A stretch of DNA of 63,993 nucleotides, the filler included, from Bonamia ostreae (Eukaryota), in assembly GCA_040357525.1 (NCBI GenBank). It is 20 parts of 20 records of this genome, joined end to end, with 100 filler letters (N's around TTAATTAATTAA, not from the genome) between each part and the next. Parts side by side here need not be neighbours in the genome. Positions count along the whole stretch, not along the records: positions 9,761 to 12,902 come from JBDODL010000573.1; positions 13,003 to 16,142 come from JBDODL010000574.1; positions 16,243 to 19,381 come from JBDODL010000575.1; positions 19,482 to 22,619 come from JBDODL010000576.1; positions 22,720 to 25,856 come from JBDODL010000577.1; 15 more parts are not named here. The stretch is one strand, 5' to 3'. Below the pieces are notes generated by a model. The model did no database searches, was not told the origin of the DNA, and saw only the letters and a program-made list of their open reading frames with translations. The position numbers were made by a program, and so were the translations under genes. Below are positions 9,881-23,159 of the stretch, piece after piece (the stretch's first letter is position 1; each line of letters opens with the position of its first letter).

Positions 9881-12800
9881 TTTAGAGTGGGAATCGGTAG
9901 CGTCAAAAGAATATTCATTAAAAAACGAAATAAAAGAAATATTGGAAATTTGCACTAATTTGAGAAAAAAGCAAATCCAAAAATGGGCAGATTCTGTAGA
10001 AAAGACAGAAAAAGAAATAAGTCTGAAAGCTTTAAATTCTTTCTTCTATTTGTATCCGTTATTGATGGACAACGATGTGGAACAAAATAATGCAGTTTTT
10101 AGAGGTTTTTTTATATTTTAATATTTTTTCGTTTTGCTGTTTTTAATATTTTTTCATTTTATTTTTCGTTTTGTTGTTTTTAATATTTTTCATTTTATTT
10201 TTCGTTTTGTTGTTTTTAATATTTTTCATTTTATTTTTCGTTTTGTAATTTTTAATATTTTTTCGTTTTGTAATTTTTAATATTTTTTCGTTTTGTTATT
10301 ATTAAAAAAATTTAAAAAGAAATCGAAAAGTTCATAATATCTTCCAAAACAGGACATTTTAGAGACAAAAGAAGATTACTGCTATTCTTCGCAAAATTGA
10401 CAAATTCGCAAAAACTCGAAAATCTGTTCTGTTATTACGCGCACTGGGACACTATAATAACCGAAGATGTTCTTCGCGACAAGAAAACAAATCTGTGCAC
10501 AGAAATCCAAGACGCCATAAAACTGTCCAGTTGGGACAACAAAAGTTATTGGCGATACAAAGAATCCATTTCGAAACTTGATTCAAAAATCAAAAAACGC
10601 ATCGAAAAATGGCGGACTGATATCACATCCGTTTCAATCAATTTAAAATAAGGAAAATTCTGAACAAATCATTTTTTTCAAAAGCCAAATGACCGAAAAG
10701 GTCTTTCCAGACAAAATTTTGTCGGAACAAGCAACAAAAAGAAAATCACCAAAAGACGAAAAATGTGAAAAGTCGAATCGGAAAATCGAAGAAGCAAATT
10801 TAGTTCTCTCCAAAATAATTTTGAGTACGCTTCAATTCCAAGTTTCTCGATTTACAAATTTAATAGAGAAAAAACACGTCAAAAGCGGAAAAGAAAAGAG
10901 CGCTTTTAATTTTATTTTCAAAAATGAAATTGATTAAATTTGGCAAAAACTCGAAAAAATTGCCAATTTTTCGCGATTCAAATTTTCTGGAAACTTTAAA
11001 TTGCGAACATTTTTTCACCAACAAAAGCGATTTGATTAAACTTGTCAAATCGGCCGAAACCGCTTATTTTGACAATATTAGAAAAATGGGGACTTTTAAA
11101 CAATGTTTGCAAAATTGCAACAGCGATATTGGTGCGAGCGAAGTTTTTTATTTCAATTTTAGAAAAATATGTTTTTAAAAATATCGGACAATTTAATGGA
11201 TTCCGTTGTAAAACAGCGAAACGAAATCGCACAATTTTTAGAAAAAATTGTTCAAATTTTGCGTTTTTTGTCGTTTTTTGAAAATTGTGAAAAAATGACG
11301 AAAAATGTCAAAAATTGCGATAAAATAAAAATATTTACAAATTTGGAAAATTTTACGTTATTGACAAACAAAATCGAAAAAACAAAATTAGTTCTAATTT
11401 TTTACAAAACAATTTTCAAAAATATTGTCAAAAACAGCCAAAACTCAAATTTGGCCAAAATTGTCAAAATCGCCGATTCTTTCGAAAAGGCAACCGATCA
11501 GATTGACCAAATCTTGAATTTCAGTGTTGTTGTAACAACTGAAATATCAAAATTTGAGGTTCGACATAAGTACTTTCCAGTCGGTAACAACATTTAACAT
11601 AACAGATTTTTTGGTTTTCGACATTGAATCAGCCCAAAAAATGAAAAAATGTCTGCTCGACTTTTGCTTTGAGTTGAACAAGATAAAAAATGTCGAAGTT
11701 TTGACAGAAGAGAGTGCAATCGCAAGAGTTATTTCAGAACTGGTAGCAACGATCGGAGCCTTAAAAATGGAGAAAATAGTCGATTTTGAACAAATCACCG
11801 GAAAAAACGCGATTCGCGAAAAAATCGATTCTTTGCGCGAAAAGATTGAACTGGAAAAGAAAAGAATTGAAGAAAATAGAGACAATTTTAGAAATGAGGT
11901 TTTGTCGCTGTTAAAATATTAAAAAAAGAGCATTTATTCGTCGAAAAACTTTGTCGAAAATTTTGGGCAATTGGATTTTATCGACGACATTAATTCTTTC
12001 GCAAAGTTTTTGCGGAAAAATAAAATTTGCATTTTCGGCAATAACAACGAAAAAAGCTTTTTCGTAAAATTTATTCTCGCTCTTAGAAATTTCAAAGATT
12101 TTGCAATCGATTTGACTTTTGAAGCAACAAAGTTTTTCCAAATTTTGTAAATTGTCGATTATTGCAATTTTCAAATAAAACAAAATTTTGACAAAAAAAA
12201 TTACAAATTTGCAAAAAATTACAAAAAACAAAACAGATTCCACATAACAACAAACAATTTGGCAAACACTATTCTATCGCTCTTCTCAAAATTATCCATC
12301 GACGGCTTCGGCGAAAAAGACGACAAAACGGACGAAACAGAAACTGGCAAAACCGAAAAACTGGAAGGGACGGGACTGGCGAAAGGCATTGGCGACAATG
12401 ACGTCACTGATCAATTGGACAACGAAGAACAAGTTTTGAAACAACAAAATTTTAGATTTTAGGGCTAAAAAACGATATCGAAAATGACGTTGAAGAAAAT
12501 GAAGCTGAAGAGAAAAATGACATTGAACAAAATGACATTGAAGAGGGTGCGACTATCGAAGGAGATTTTGACGAAACGTCTGAAAATGAAAGAATAGAAA
12601 TGTCTGAAAATGAAAGAAAAGAAATTTCTGAAAATGAATTTGAAGACGATTTGACAAACGAAATTGCTAATGAGCAAAATATCAAAGACGACGCTAAAAA
12701 AATTGAAGACAGTGAAGATTTGAAAGAAGATAGCGATTTTATTGATTTTGAACAATTTGAACAAAATGATCAATTTGATCAAAATCAACAAAACGAACAA

Positions 12801-12902
12801 AATGACCAATTTGAAAAAAATGACAATAATATTAACGAAAAAGATAATTTAAGCAATGAAGAGATAGAAGAAATTAATGAAAAAACAACAGATAATAACA
12901 AT
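9881..12902 (+). CDS. MDN1: Midasin (Rea1) internal fragment: linker plus acidic region
   Basis: IKLSSWDNKSYW, GTGLAKGIGDNDVTDQLDNEEQ|ILG, followed by a long D/E/N-rich tract. Confidence 0.8.
10104..10310 (+). repeat. T-rich tandem repeats inside a midasin intron
   Basis: Repeated TTTTTCGTTTTG(T/C)TGTTTTTAATATTTTTCATTTTA-like units. Confidence 0.8.
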
Positions 12903-13002
12903 NNNNNNNNNNNNNNNNNNNNNNNNNNNNNNNNNNNNNNNNNNNNTTAATTAATTAANNNNNNNNNNNNNNNNNNNNNNNNNNNNNNNNNNNNNNNNNN
13001 NN

Positions 13003-15282
13003 TAAAGAATGAGATAGTTCCTCTTTGACGATTTTCTTTGAAACATTTTCGTTATTTTGCAGATTACAAAATTTTTCGATCAAATAACTTCCATATTGAT
13101 TTGTGGCCAACTTTTAGCAATGAAAAATTAAACTTTAACAAATTTGTTCTTTAATTTTAAAAAAATTTCTGTTTTCATTTTTTCAAAATTGTTTGCTTCG
13201 ATTAATGCACTTATAAAATGACTTGAAACTGGATTTGTGGCAATATAAAACAAAAGTTCGTCTTGTACAAATTTTAAACTAAAATTTATAAAAATACCTT
13301 TTTATCACTGAAATTGTTATTTTTGGATCAAATTTTAGTAAATTTTGCAACAAAATGCAGCCTGGATATGAAGGTTTCGTCTATTTTTTAGTAAATTTTG
13401 AAGAAAAATTAATCTCTTCCCAAATTTTTTTTGTCTTAAAAATGAATTTACAGCCAAAATCAGAAAAAAAAATTGATTTTGTCCCAAATTAAAAAAAAAT
13501 TGAATTTAAAGTTTTCAAGAAATGAATTTTTTTTTTCGATTAAAAAAATGACAAATTTTTAGAATAAAAAACAGTCAAATAATCATCCCATTTTCTCAAA
13601 TTATATCTGTCTTTGGCAAAATCGAATAAAAAATTTAGACAGATATTTTTAGTTTTGCGGGGAAATATTTTTGCCAATTCTTCGTAATAAATTTTTTGAG
13701 TTTCTTCGTTTTTTGTACAAAATTCACTCATTTTTGCAATAATTAAAGTTTTATTTTCGTCTTTATTTTTTTACAAATCAAATTTTGTAAATTGAACCTA
13801 AAAGATTTTTAAAATGTGGTTTAAGTTCATTGAAGATGGCTAAAAATGTTTTTTGTGATAGATTTTTGTTTTGGAAAATCGATTGAACGACAAAATTTCC
13901 GTTTTTATGCAAGCTCAAGAATTTTATTTTTGGTAAAATTATTTTTGTTATTTCATTCATTGTTTCTTCTGTTGATTTCTAATTATAATATTTGCAAAAA
14001 AATTTAAAATAAATAAAACAACAAAATTACAAAAAATTGCTTTTTCGTTATTAACAAAACAACAAAATTTACCAAAAAATTGCTTTTTCGTTATTAACAA
14101 AACAACAAAATTTACAAAAAAATTGTTTTTTCGTTATTAACAAAACAATTAAATTTACAAAAATTGCTTTTTCGTTAATAATAAAACAATAAAATTTACA
14201 AAAAAATTGTTTTTTCTTTATTAACAAAACAATAAAATTACAAAAAATTGCTTTTTCTTTATTAACAAAACAACAAAATTACAAAAAATTGCTTTTTCGT
14301 TATTAACAAAACAACAAAATTACAATTCGTTAATAAAAAAATTTAAAACTGTTAAAATAGTTTGAGCCAGAAAACTAGAAATAGGATTACAACAAAGAAG
14401 AATAAAATCGTTATTAAAAATTATCTTTTCGCATAATTTTCTCACATACTTTCTATCTCTTTTAGTTCCGTCGGACATTTTCGATATTAAAGTGCTCAAA
14501 ACGGGAGAAAAATGTTTGTTTCTACATTTGTCGAAAACACTTTTCAATTTTATTATTTTTCTCGTCAATTTTACACAAAATCTTTTTTCGATTCTTTTGT
14601 TTTCTCTTATTTTCACTAAAATGTAAAATTTTAACATTTCTTCAAATCAAAATCATCGAATAAATCTGGAAAAATTTTGATAATGTCTCTCACAACAAAT
14701 GTAGCAAATTGACATTCCGACAAAACAAAAAAGTTTTTGACAAATTTGTTTAAAATTTTTTTGATTTCGTCATAAAATGTTGCCATTTCATTTTTTTCCA
14801 ATTTTAGTTCACCAAATCTCCCCAAAATGGCTTGTAATGGATGGGATGAACACCTTCCTCTCGATAAATCTAAAAAACTTATTCAAATGTTCTAATTTTA
14901 CCGGTTTGAAACAACCAAAAAGAATTTTAGTAATTTTTTCAAATCTTTTGTCGTCTTAAAAAGGATTTCAAGCGTTCTTGACGTGTGTCTATTCAACAAC
15001 AGAGATTCCTCGTTTCCTTCAATTTCGTCAAAAACGGATCGTAATAAAATTTCAAAATCTTAAAATTAACATTTTTGATTTTGAAAAATTTAAAATTTTC
15101 GAATTTATCATTTTTAATTTTTTCAATCAAAAATGACCTGGATCGCTATAAGAAAAATATTTGTCCAATTTTTGGTCGAAGTGGTTTTGGATTTTTCTAA
15201 AGTACGCTAAAATTTAGCAAATCAAACATAAAGTTTCTTGTTTTAGTTGATGATTTTTGACGTTTAACAGTTCAACTGACAT
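13003..15282 (-). CDS. NOP9: Nucleolar PUF-repeat protein NOP9-like, 3'-truncated
   Basis: QETL|SYFRKIQ N-terminus, IDTRQERLKSF region of PUF helices, FATFVVRDII, HKNGNFVVQ, NQYGSYLIE. Confidence 0.75.
14015..14340. repeat. About 40-nt tandem repeat filling a NOP9 intron
   Basis: About 8 copies of ACAAAAAATTGCTTTTTCGTTATTAACAAAACAACAAAATT. Confidence 0.9.
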
Positions 15283-15339
15283 TTTTTAAATATCGCAAAA
15301 TTTAGTTTTGATCGTAAAATAATATTTAGACAAATTCAC

Positions 15340-16002
15340 ATGTTCAGTCTTTTCAGGAAACGGTTAAATTTCAATTCTTTACGGTTCTTCTCCAATCGAT
15401 CCAGAGACGCATCGCTAATAATCCCTGGAACCATTAAGCTTAAACCAAAAACTCCGGGAACCAGACATGCGAGATTGCCCGATAAATCAAATTTGTTTGA
15501 TGGTCCCCCGATCGAAGTTATTAAAATCGAAACCAATTAATTTTTTAATCAAATCTTTCCACTTTAAATTTCGTCAAATTTTGATCAATTTTGTGCACAT
15601 TTTCAAATTGGTCGTTTTGGGATTTAAATTTGATCAATTGATGTCGATTCACAATATTCGTGATCAGACATTTAAAGATCGAATTATTGTATATTTTATG
15701 AAGGAATTGACAACGCCGTTAAAAAGAACGGGTGGACGTAATAACCACGGAAGAATAACAGTAAGAGGAAGAGGCGGCGGGGAAAAAAGGGTCTACAGAT
15801 TTATCGATTTCAAAAGAAACATTTATGATACAGGTTCAGAAATTAAACCTTCGAAGATGCCAAAGTAGTCAGACTTGAGTTCGATCCAAATCGATCGTCG
15901 CATATCGCGCTCTTAAAGTATCCGGATGGAAAAGTTAACGACATTTTGGCGCCTGAAAACGTGAAACCTGGAGATGTGATTATATCGAGTAGACAAAACG
16001 AT
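15340..16002 (+). CDS. MRPL2: Mitochondrial ribosomal protein uL2m (nuclear-encoded), 3'-partial
   Basis: Presequence-like [73 protein letters not shown]. Confidence 0.92.
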
Positions 16003-16242
16003 GTTTTGATGCATTCTTTGATTCGGAATTTTGTTTCGAGCTTTATTGCTTTTGCAAAAAACGAAATATGTGAATTTTGTTATAATTCGATTTTCGAAAA
16101 TTTGTAGAATGGCGAGAAACTTAATTTTTATAATAGGATTTANNNNNNNNNNNNNNNNNNNNNNNNNNNNNNNNNNNNNNNNNNNNTTAATTAATTAANN
16201 NNNNNNNNNNNNNNNNNNNNNNNNNNNNNNNNNNNNNNNNNN

Positions 16243-16590
16243 TTTAACATTTTTTTATTTGAATTTTAACATTTTATTTTGTAGAATTTAAACAATTTTT
16301 TGTCGATTTTTAACATTTTTTAGTCGAATTTTAACATTTGTCGAATTTTAACATTTTTTTATTTGAATTTTAACATTTTATTTTGTCGAATTTTAACATT
16401 TTTTTTGTTCGAATTTTAACATTTTTTGTCGAATTTTAACATTTTTTTTGTCGAATTTTAACAATTTTTTTATGTTAAATTTTAACATTTTTTTGTTCGA
16501 ATTTTAACATTTTTTGTCGAATTTTAACAATTTTTTTGTCGAATTTTAACAATTTTTTTGTCGAATTTTAACATTTTTTTGTCAAATTTG
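16243..16590. repeat. About 21-24-nt tandem repeat at contig start
   Basis: TTGTCGAATTTTAACATTTTTT units. Confidence 0.9.
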
Positions 16591-16666
16591 CAAATTAAAA
16601 TATAAAAAATAAGGTCGAAAGAAGAAAATCTGATAAAATTTGTGCGCAATTTGAACAAATAAATTT

Positions 16667-17124
16667 TTAAATCTCTTCAAAATTGATTTCTTCGTCGTCG
16701 CTTTCCGGCTCAACCGTTTCCTGCTCCAGATCCTTCTTTTCCGCAATCGCATCCGCCTGGCCTATAACGACTTACTTTTGCAATTTAAACTGTTGCTCGG
16801 AATTTGCTTAAGTTTTTGGAGCTTCCTGCTCTCTTCCGCAGTGTATTTAAGAATCACGTCTCCTTTTTCGTCTTGGAAGTCCCTCAACCCGATGAGGACA
16901 ATATCGCTCTGGTTGACCCAAACTTTCTTTCTCATTTTGCCTCTTATCGTGCACAAGCGCGTTTTACCGTCAAAGCAATAAGCTGACAACCGGCCATTTC
17001 CGAGCATTTGGACGACTTGCGCGTATTCTTGTTGCGGCTCTTTTAAGACCAAATCTCTTTTGAAATCGTTCATGTTCTTTCCTTTTCTTCGGCGCTTTCC
17101 CCCTTTCGCTTTGTTTTTGGGCAT
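16667..17124 (-). CDS. EIF1A: Translation initiation factor eIF1A; 20-nt intron 16771-16790
   Basis: [39 protein letters not shown]. Splicing restores the acidic tail ...[12 protein letters not shown]. Confidence 0.97.
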
Positions 17125-17212
17125 TTTACTGCGGAAGTTGGCTAAATTTGACTGGAAATATGATTTAGTGCGAACGGTTTTATATACGAAGACGTTAACA
17201 AATTTGGATTTA

Positions 17213-17430
17213 ATGGACGAAATGAGTTGTCTCGATAACAGTTCGATCGTTTTTTTTATAAATACAAGCTTCTTTTGGAGAATTTGAAAAATGGCGGTCG
17301 AATTTTGGAGCTGCTGTCGGAGATCGATGGTGCCAAATCAGAGCAAATCAGAGAATTGCTGAACGATTATTTTTCCAATTTGTACAAAATGGATCGCGAT
17401 ATTAATGTCGTCGCAGCTAAATTTGAGTAA
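17213..17430 (+). CDS. Small helical protein, possibly Mediator subunit Med11; 20-nt intron 17249-17268
   Basis: Spliced [65 protein letters not shown]. Med11 resemblance judged by eye only. Confidence 0.45.
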
Positions 17431-17821
17431 ATCTTCATTTTTTGCAAAACATTTATTTTTTGATTTTTTAAAAATGTTCTATTTTTGTGTTACGGAAGAA
17501 TGAACAATTAAAAGAAATTTCGTGATCAAAAAGAAATAAAAAAATTCTTGATTTTTACGCAACATTTAACTGTTTTTTTTGCAGGAAAATTGAAATTTTT
17601 CTGCAGTTAAAGAAAATTGAAATTTTTGGGCGCGCGTCAAATTAAAATTTTAAAACGATATAAAAATTTTTGAAAATATTATCAGATCAAAATTTAATCG
17701 CGTCAAATTGCAAAAATTCAAAATTTTTTGCAGTCAATTATAAAAATTCCTCATTTCTTAAACCGCAACAAAACTTATTTTAAACCATAAAACGCTAAAA
17801 ACACTATTTAAAAAAATCAGA

Positions 17822-19381
17822 ATGGACGGAAAAATGGATAAAAAAGGAAAATGGCTGTCCGAGAAAATGTCTTTTCTCAAAGGGGAAACTATTGGCGAAA
17901 AAATAGAGGGAATAAATTGTTTCCCTCGATTGGCCGCCTTTCTCGGCCCCGTCAAAACCACTGAAATTCTCATTCCTCTTATTGTCAGCATCGTCGATGA
18001 AGACGAAGCTTTAATAGAAAGCTTTTCAAAAATCATTGAAGACATTCCAGAAATCTTCGATTCAGAAGATTTCAACGCAAATTATGTTTGCAAAATCGGA
18101 AATCTCTGTTTTTCCGACAACAACTTGATCCGCAGCAGAGTTCTGAATTTCAAATTTAGAGCGTCAAATCGATACTGAAAATTCTGGACAAAAGCGGAAA
18201 AGCCGGCAACGAAAGTTTTGCGCAACAAATTTTATTCGTTTACGACAAAAACGACGCGCCAATTATCAAAATCGCGATGTGCGAAATGGCGCCAAAATTG
18301 CACCGGAAAATTGTAAAGTTCCAAATCGATTCCGTCAAGATCGATGTTTACGACATTTTTAGTTTTTGTTGTCAGCACGACGACTCTTCGGTGCGCAAAC
18401 ATTCGATCTTGACGATTGACGTTTCGACATTTTTAACAATAATTTAGGGCTTTTTGGACGAGCTTAAGGAATATGACGATTTTGTGTCCAAATTCGAGAA
18501 ACTTTTGTTTGATTCGTGCGATTTGGTGCAGATGGCGGCCATTGAAGTTTTCCGCGATATTCTTGCAATCTTGATGAATACGCAAAACGCGGAAAAATGG
18601 GTAAACGTTGAATTAAAATTAGTCGGAATTTGCTAAAATCAAAATAGAATCGCTCATTAAAAGCGATTCCTGGCGAATTCGAAGGAAAGTTTGCGATAAT
18701 TTTTGCAGATGGACAAGACTGCTTTCAAATTTCGACATCAAAAACTTTGTCATAAAATCGTTTTTGGATTTCTCAGACGACGCAGAAAACGAAGTGGTTT
18801 TTTCAGCCGCTTCGAACATTGTCAGTTTTTTCGCAAAATTTAAGATTTTGCAAAATTTGTCGACGACAAACAAGTCGAAAAAGAGTTTTTGGGCGCGTTC
18901 AAAAACATCGTCGCAATTGGTCACAAAGACACATTAAGTTTTCTAGAAACATTAAAGTCGCCGCTGTTGCAAATTTGTCTGCTTTGCTAAAATTGGTTTC
19001 GGCTGATTTTTCTAAAAACGACTGTGAAGAAATCTTTCAGACGATCTTAAATCTCGAAGATGAGATTTCGATCGTTTTCATAATGAATTTGGATAAACTC
19101 GAAAATGTCAATTTTTAAATTTTTGACTATTAAAATTTTGATCTAATCCAATTAAATTCAGTTTTCGCTGATCGAAGATTTTGCGACCAAATTAAACACA
19201 AAATTTTTGGATCTTCTAAAAAATCCGAATTGGCGTATTCGCATGAAAGCAGCGCAATATTTATGCGAATTTTTAAAAATTCTCGTTTTTGATTTTAGTC
19301 AATAACAATTTAATCTTTCCACTTTCCATTTCTTCCTTTGTGGGAATGTTGACACTTTTTTTCGAAGATATGTCGTCTTAG
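17822..19381 (+). CDS. Divergent PP2A scaffold A subunit (PR65)-like HEAT-repeat protein, 3'-partial
   Basis: LAAFLGPVKTTEILIPLI, DDSSVRK, SDSWRIRRKV, DAENEV, NPNWRIRM. Confidence 0.75.
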
Positions 19382-19481
19382 NNNNNNNNNNNNNNNNNNN
19401 NNNNNNNNNNNNNNNNNNNNNNNNNTTAATTAATTAANNNNNNNNNNNNNNNNNNNNNNNNNNNNNNNNNNNNNNNNNNNN

Positions 19482-19660
19482 TTTTCGAACAAAAAAATTG
19501 ATTTAAAATGGTCGAACAAAAAAAATTTGATTTAAAATGGTCGAACAAAAAAAATTTGATTTAAAATGATCGAACAAAAAAATTGATTTAAAATGGTCGA
19601 ACAAAAAAAATTGATTTAAAATGGTCGAACAAAAAATTTGATTTAAAATGATCGAACAAA
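19482..19660. repeat. About 28-30-nt intronic tandem repeat at contig start
   Basis: TTGATTTAAAATGGTCGAACAAAAAAA, about 6 copies. Confidence 0.9.
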
Positions 19661-19671
19661 AAACAGATTTA

Positions 19672-20362
19672 GCGCTAACAGATTGGAAGACTTGAACCAA
19701 TGGAGCAAATTGACAGAAGACGCGTTAAAACGAAAACTCAAATTGGTCGAACAAATTTTGACTTGTTCAAAACTGAACAGTCTCTCACTTTTCGAAGTCG
19801 AAAATCTTCACAAAAACTATTCGAAACATTTCGACTCGAAGAAAAATGGCTATTTAGACAAAAAAGCGTTAAATCAATGTTTATCAGATTTGGGCGCTGA
19901 TTTTGACGATAGCGAAATTGACGATATTTTTGATAAAAATGGTGTACGATCTAAAAAAACTCCGAATTTAAAGCTTTTGAGTTTTAAAAAATTTTCTGAT
20001 TTTTTTAATGTTTTTTTTTAACTTTTTATATTTTTAAAAATAATTGCGAAAAATGGTTACAAAAGAGAGCCGGAAGCGTAAGATCGCGTAGAAAAATTTT
20101 GGAAAGTTTTGCAAATTTGAACAATGGAGTGCCATTTGTGACGAAAAGACAATTGGCAACAAAGTTGTCGTTGAACGACCTGAACTTTGTGGAAAATGAA
20201 ATTAAAATGGCAACGGATAATAACGAAAAACTGTTCTTTTCGAAGTGGATTGAAAAAGTGTTCGAAGGGGAACCGAAAGAAAGAACGGCGACAAATTTGG
20301 AGAATCGAAAAGAAAAAACGATAAAAAAGTTGTTTTTGAAGAAAAGAAAATCTGTTCTTTAG
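19672..20362 (+). CDS. Alpha-actinin/spectrin-like C-terminal EF-hand region, 5'-partial
   Basis: HFDSKKNGYLDKKALNQCLSDLG EF-hand, then ESFANLNNGVPFVTKRQL resembling the Ca-insensitive EF-hand of actinins. Confidence 0.7.
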
Positions 20363-20554
20363 GTTGAACAAAAGAGATTTAATGTTGTTACTGATTTTTT
20401 TTCTTTAAAATTTTTATTAATTCAAAATCGCAAAAATATTTTTTTGAAAAATGGCACTAATCGTTATTTTTACAACGATCAAATATTTTTTTTTAGAAAA
20501 AATGGCAGTAGTCGTTATTTCGACCAATAAAATTATTTACATTTTTGAAGGAAT

Positions 20555-21388
20555 TTAATAAAAATATTCCAAATCTTCGACCATTTTAATAAAATTCTCT
20601 GTTTTCTCATTTTCGATAAAATCGTAAATAACTTTCAACTGATAATATTTTTTAATCTTAAAATTTTCCAATTTGTGTTCAAACATTTCTTTGTCGTCGT
20701 TTTTGTAATCTTTGAGCACCTTTTCGTTAAAAAATGTTGGATTTGCGACATAGTTTTTGCATTTTAACAATAACGAAGCGTCTTTTCTGAAGGCGAAATT
20801 TTTGTCAAAAATATCAAATTTTTGACAAATGGCATTGAAAACATCCAAATCTATTTTGTCTTTTGTTTCACTTTTTATAATCGCTTCAAGTAAAAGGATT
20901 GTCTTTTTTATTAATTATCTCGTTTTATTGATATTAAACATAATCGAAGCTATATTTTAAAACATCTGCAACAGAAGCATGTTTGATGTATGAAAGGCAT
21001 TCATGAGAATTGATTTTATCAGTAAAGTTTGTTTTTAATTTTAATTTTTCTTCCAAATTTGAGACGGTATCAAAAAGTTCGAGAATCGTTTTGATCTCTT
21101 CTGGAAAATTAATTTTTCTCGATATTTGTATCACGGCTTCCTCTTTTGACGAATAATATATTAAATAGTTTTGGGATCCTGAAGAAAGATCATTTTCGTC
21201 TATGTTATATTTTAATGATTGGAATAACTATAAAGTACAAATTCGATGAGTAATAGCAGTAATTTAAAACTTGAATTGGTTCGTTTTTTCTTCTTTTTAT
21301 CCAAAAAAAAGTACACAATGATTGCGATCAAAATAATAGTGCCGATAAGAATAAACACAAAAAGGTAAACTGACATTTTTGTTTCCAT
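20555..21388 (-). CDS. Uncharacterised N-terminal TM protein, tandem paralog A
   Basis: TM VYLFVFILIGTIILIAIIV then KKKKK; SGSQNY motif; last exon shared with paralog B. Confidence 0.6.
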
Positions 21389-21873
21389 TAAGAAAAATAA
21401 TTTTTGTTTAAGAATTTTAAATGAAATTTTAAAAAATAATTTCAAAAAAAATTAAAATACACATCAAAATAATAAAATGAAATTTTAAGCAAAGAGGACA
21501 CGATAAATTTACAAAAGGCAAGGCATATTTACTGATTTTCAATCATTTTAATAAACGTGTTTGTATTTTCTGATTCAATAGAATTAGAGATGACCTTCAA
21601 CTGATAATATTTTTTAATCTTAAAATTTTCCAATTTGTGTTCAAACATTTCTTTGTCGTCGTTTTTGTAATCTTTGAGCACCTTTTCGTTAAAAAATGTT
21701 GGATTTGCGACATAGTTTTTGCATTTTAACAATAACGAAGCGTCTTTTCTGAAGGCGAAATTTTTGTCAAAAATATCAAATTTTTGACAAATGGCATTGA
21801 AAACATCCAAATCTATTTTGTCTTTTGTTTCACTTTTTATAATCGCTTCAAGTAAAAGGATTGTCTTTTTTAT
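20634..21873. repeat. 278-bp identical direct repeat (20634-20911 = 21596-21873)
   Basis: Constant offset of 962 nt; no mismatch seen on manual comparison. Confidence 0.9.
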
Positions 21874-22463
21874 AATTTTTTAAAATTTTTTTGGGTGGCA
21901 TCCATTTAATAAATAAAACATTTTCTACTGAAGTATCTTTTATAAAGGAAAGGCATTTTTCTTTATTTAATTCATTCGTAAATTTTGTTTTTAAACAATC
22001 CTTTTCTTCCGAATTAAGATGATCAAAATGTTCGATCATTGTTTCAATAATTTCATTAAAATATTCTTTGTCAGATTTTTCATTTTCTCGTTTAATATCT
22101 TCGTATTGTTCTAATGTACATATTCCCAAATCAACTATATCAATTGCATAATTTTGAGACCCTGAAGGCAAATTTTCGTGGTCTTTATCAATAATATTTC
22201 AATTGCAATAAATCAAATATAAAATTTACCAATATCAGACATAAATTTGTCACTTTGGTCTTGCGAATCTCTATATTTTCGAAAACTCTTAAATTTTGCA
22301 GCGATTTTTTCTGATTTTGGAGAATATTCTAAATTTTTGCAAGAAAACGACAAAAATCATCATCGTTCAATATTATCCCCTTTCTATTTAAACAGTAACA
22401 TAAAATTACTAAAATGACTATAATTGCCATGGCGATTATGAGCACAATCAAATTGTTTTCCAT
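21529..22463 (-). CDS. Uncharacterised N-terminal TM protein, tandem paralog B
   Basis: MENNLIVLIIAMAIIVILVILCYCL; PSGSQNY; KTKFTNELNKEKCLSFIK aligns with paralog A KTNFTDKINSHECLSYIK. Confidence 0.6.
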
Positions 22464-23159
22464 ATTTGATGTTTATATAATTTGGAAATTTATTAAAATT
22501 GTTTTAACGGTAGAAAAAATTAACTCGGTTGTTTATTTAAAACAATTTGCAAAAGTTTATTCTAACTTTTGATATTAAGTAGCTGTTCTTGTTATGTACA
22601 TCGAAAATTTGTGTTAACTNNNNNNNNNNNNNNNNNNNNNNNNNNNNNNNNNNNNNNNNNNNNTTAATTAATTAANNNNNNNNNNNNNNNNNNNNNNNNN
22701 NNNNNNNNNNNNNNNNNNNCGTTTTTTTATCAATTTTTTTTTGATAATTTTTGTTAGTTTTTTACCGATTTTTTTTGTTAATTGGTATTTTTCCAATTTT
22801 TTACCGATTTTTTTATAATATTTTTAATATTTTTTACCAATTTTTTTTAGTTTTTCGATAATTTTTGTGCGTTTTTTTTATCAATTTTTTTTAATATTTT
22901 TGTGCGTTTTTTTAACGATTTTTTTTAGTTTTTTAATACCTTTGCAATTTTTTACCGATTTTTTAGTTTTTTAATACCTTTGCAATTTTTTACCGATTTT
23001 TTTTAGTTTTTTTCAATATTTTTTTCGTTTTTTCAGCGATTTTTTTAGTTATTTAATATTTTCAATTTTTTTGATTCTTGTAATTTTTTATTTTTCTATT
23101 TTTTAAAGATTTTTATTTTATATTTTTTATCCCAATTTTCGATTAAAAAAAAGTTTCAA

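Noticed and set aside
9761-17124. Ribosome-biogenesis and translation gene cluster (midasin, NOP9, uL2m, eIF1A)
   Set aside because: The genes lie on three different contigs that are adjacent only through size sorting.
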